28,491 nucleotides of DNA from an uncultured archaeon. Lineage in GTDB: Archaea > Asgardarchaeota > Jordiarchaeia > Jordiarchaeales > Jordiarchaeaceae. Positions 28,417 through 28,491 of the stretch are shown here, in pieces; the first letter of the stretch is position 1, and each line of letters begins with the position of its first letter. A program made the translations under genes and the position numbers. A model generated the notes under the pieces. It worked only from the letters and a program-made list of their open reading frames with translations, searched no databases and was not told the origin of the DNA. The stretch covers positions 1-28,491 of the forward strand of contig CAZECW010000028.1 in the NCBI GenBank assembly GCA_964510585.1. Reading direction: 5' to 3'.

Positions 28417-28491
28417 ATGTCAGTCGAAGAAGTTTTTGAAGGCACAAACCTTGAAAACCTCCGCCACCTCCCCCGATTCAAAGAGATTAAG
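28417..28491 (+). CDS. Partial ORF running off the right edge (MSVEEVFEGTNLENLRHLPRFKEIK...)
   Basis: ATG after GAGGGT, open for 25 codons to the window end; product unknown. Confidence 0.45.
   Translation, partial: MSVEEVFEGTNLENLRHLPRFKEIK

Overview
The window is a 28.5-kb piece of an AT-rich archaeal genome, judged from GGTGA/GGAGG ribosome-binding sites, TATA-like promoters, frequent TTG/GTG starts and archaeal-type DUF35/thiolase and split-mutase genes; the lineage cannot be fixed from this sequence alone. The left ~12 kb is accessory and partly decayed. It holds two IS200/IS605-type left ends, a transposase relic, a SAM methyltransferase, a HEAT/Cys-rich orphan, OsmC, a flavodoxin, a head-to-head pair of large DNA adenine methyltransferases (Type IIG/Eco57I-like and DUF1156-like), and a broken helical-repeat/zinc-ribbon gene. 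The middle has iscS plus an atypical iscU, a PaaK-like CoA ligase, a GNAT, two toxin-antitoxin pairs (one frameshifted and flanked by a 118-bp direct repeat of the next gene's 5' end), an alpha/beta hydrolase, and a secreted orphan preceded by a candidate structured RNA leader. The right end has an SDR, an amidinotransferase-family enzyme and a split B12-dependent acyl-CoA mutase with non-methylmalonyl active-site residues. The mutase is divergent from a DUF35-thiolase-thiolase-DUF35 operon whose two thiolase-fold proteins lack the catalytic Cys (Ltp4/Ltp3-like). The best candidates for something new are the mutase + Cys-less thiolase module, the two-Cys IscU, the ~143-nt structured leader, the divergent methyltransferase pair and the repeat-flanked TA cassette. 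All family calls come from motif recognition, not database searches.
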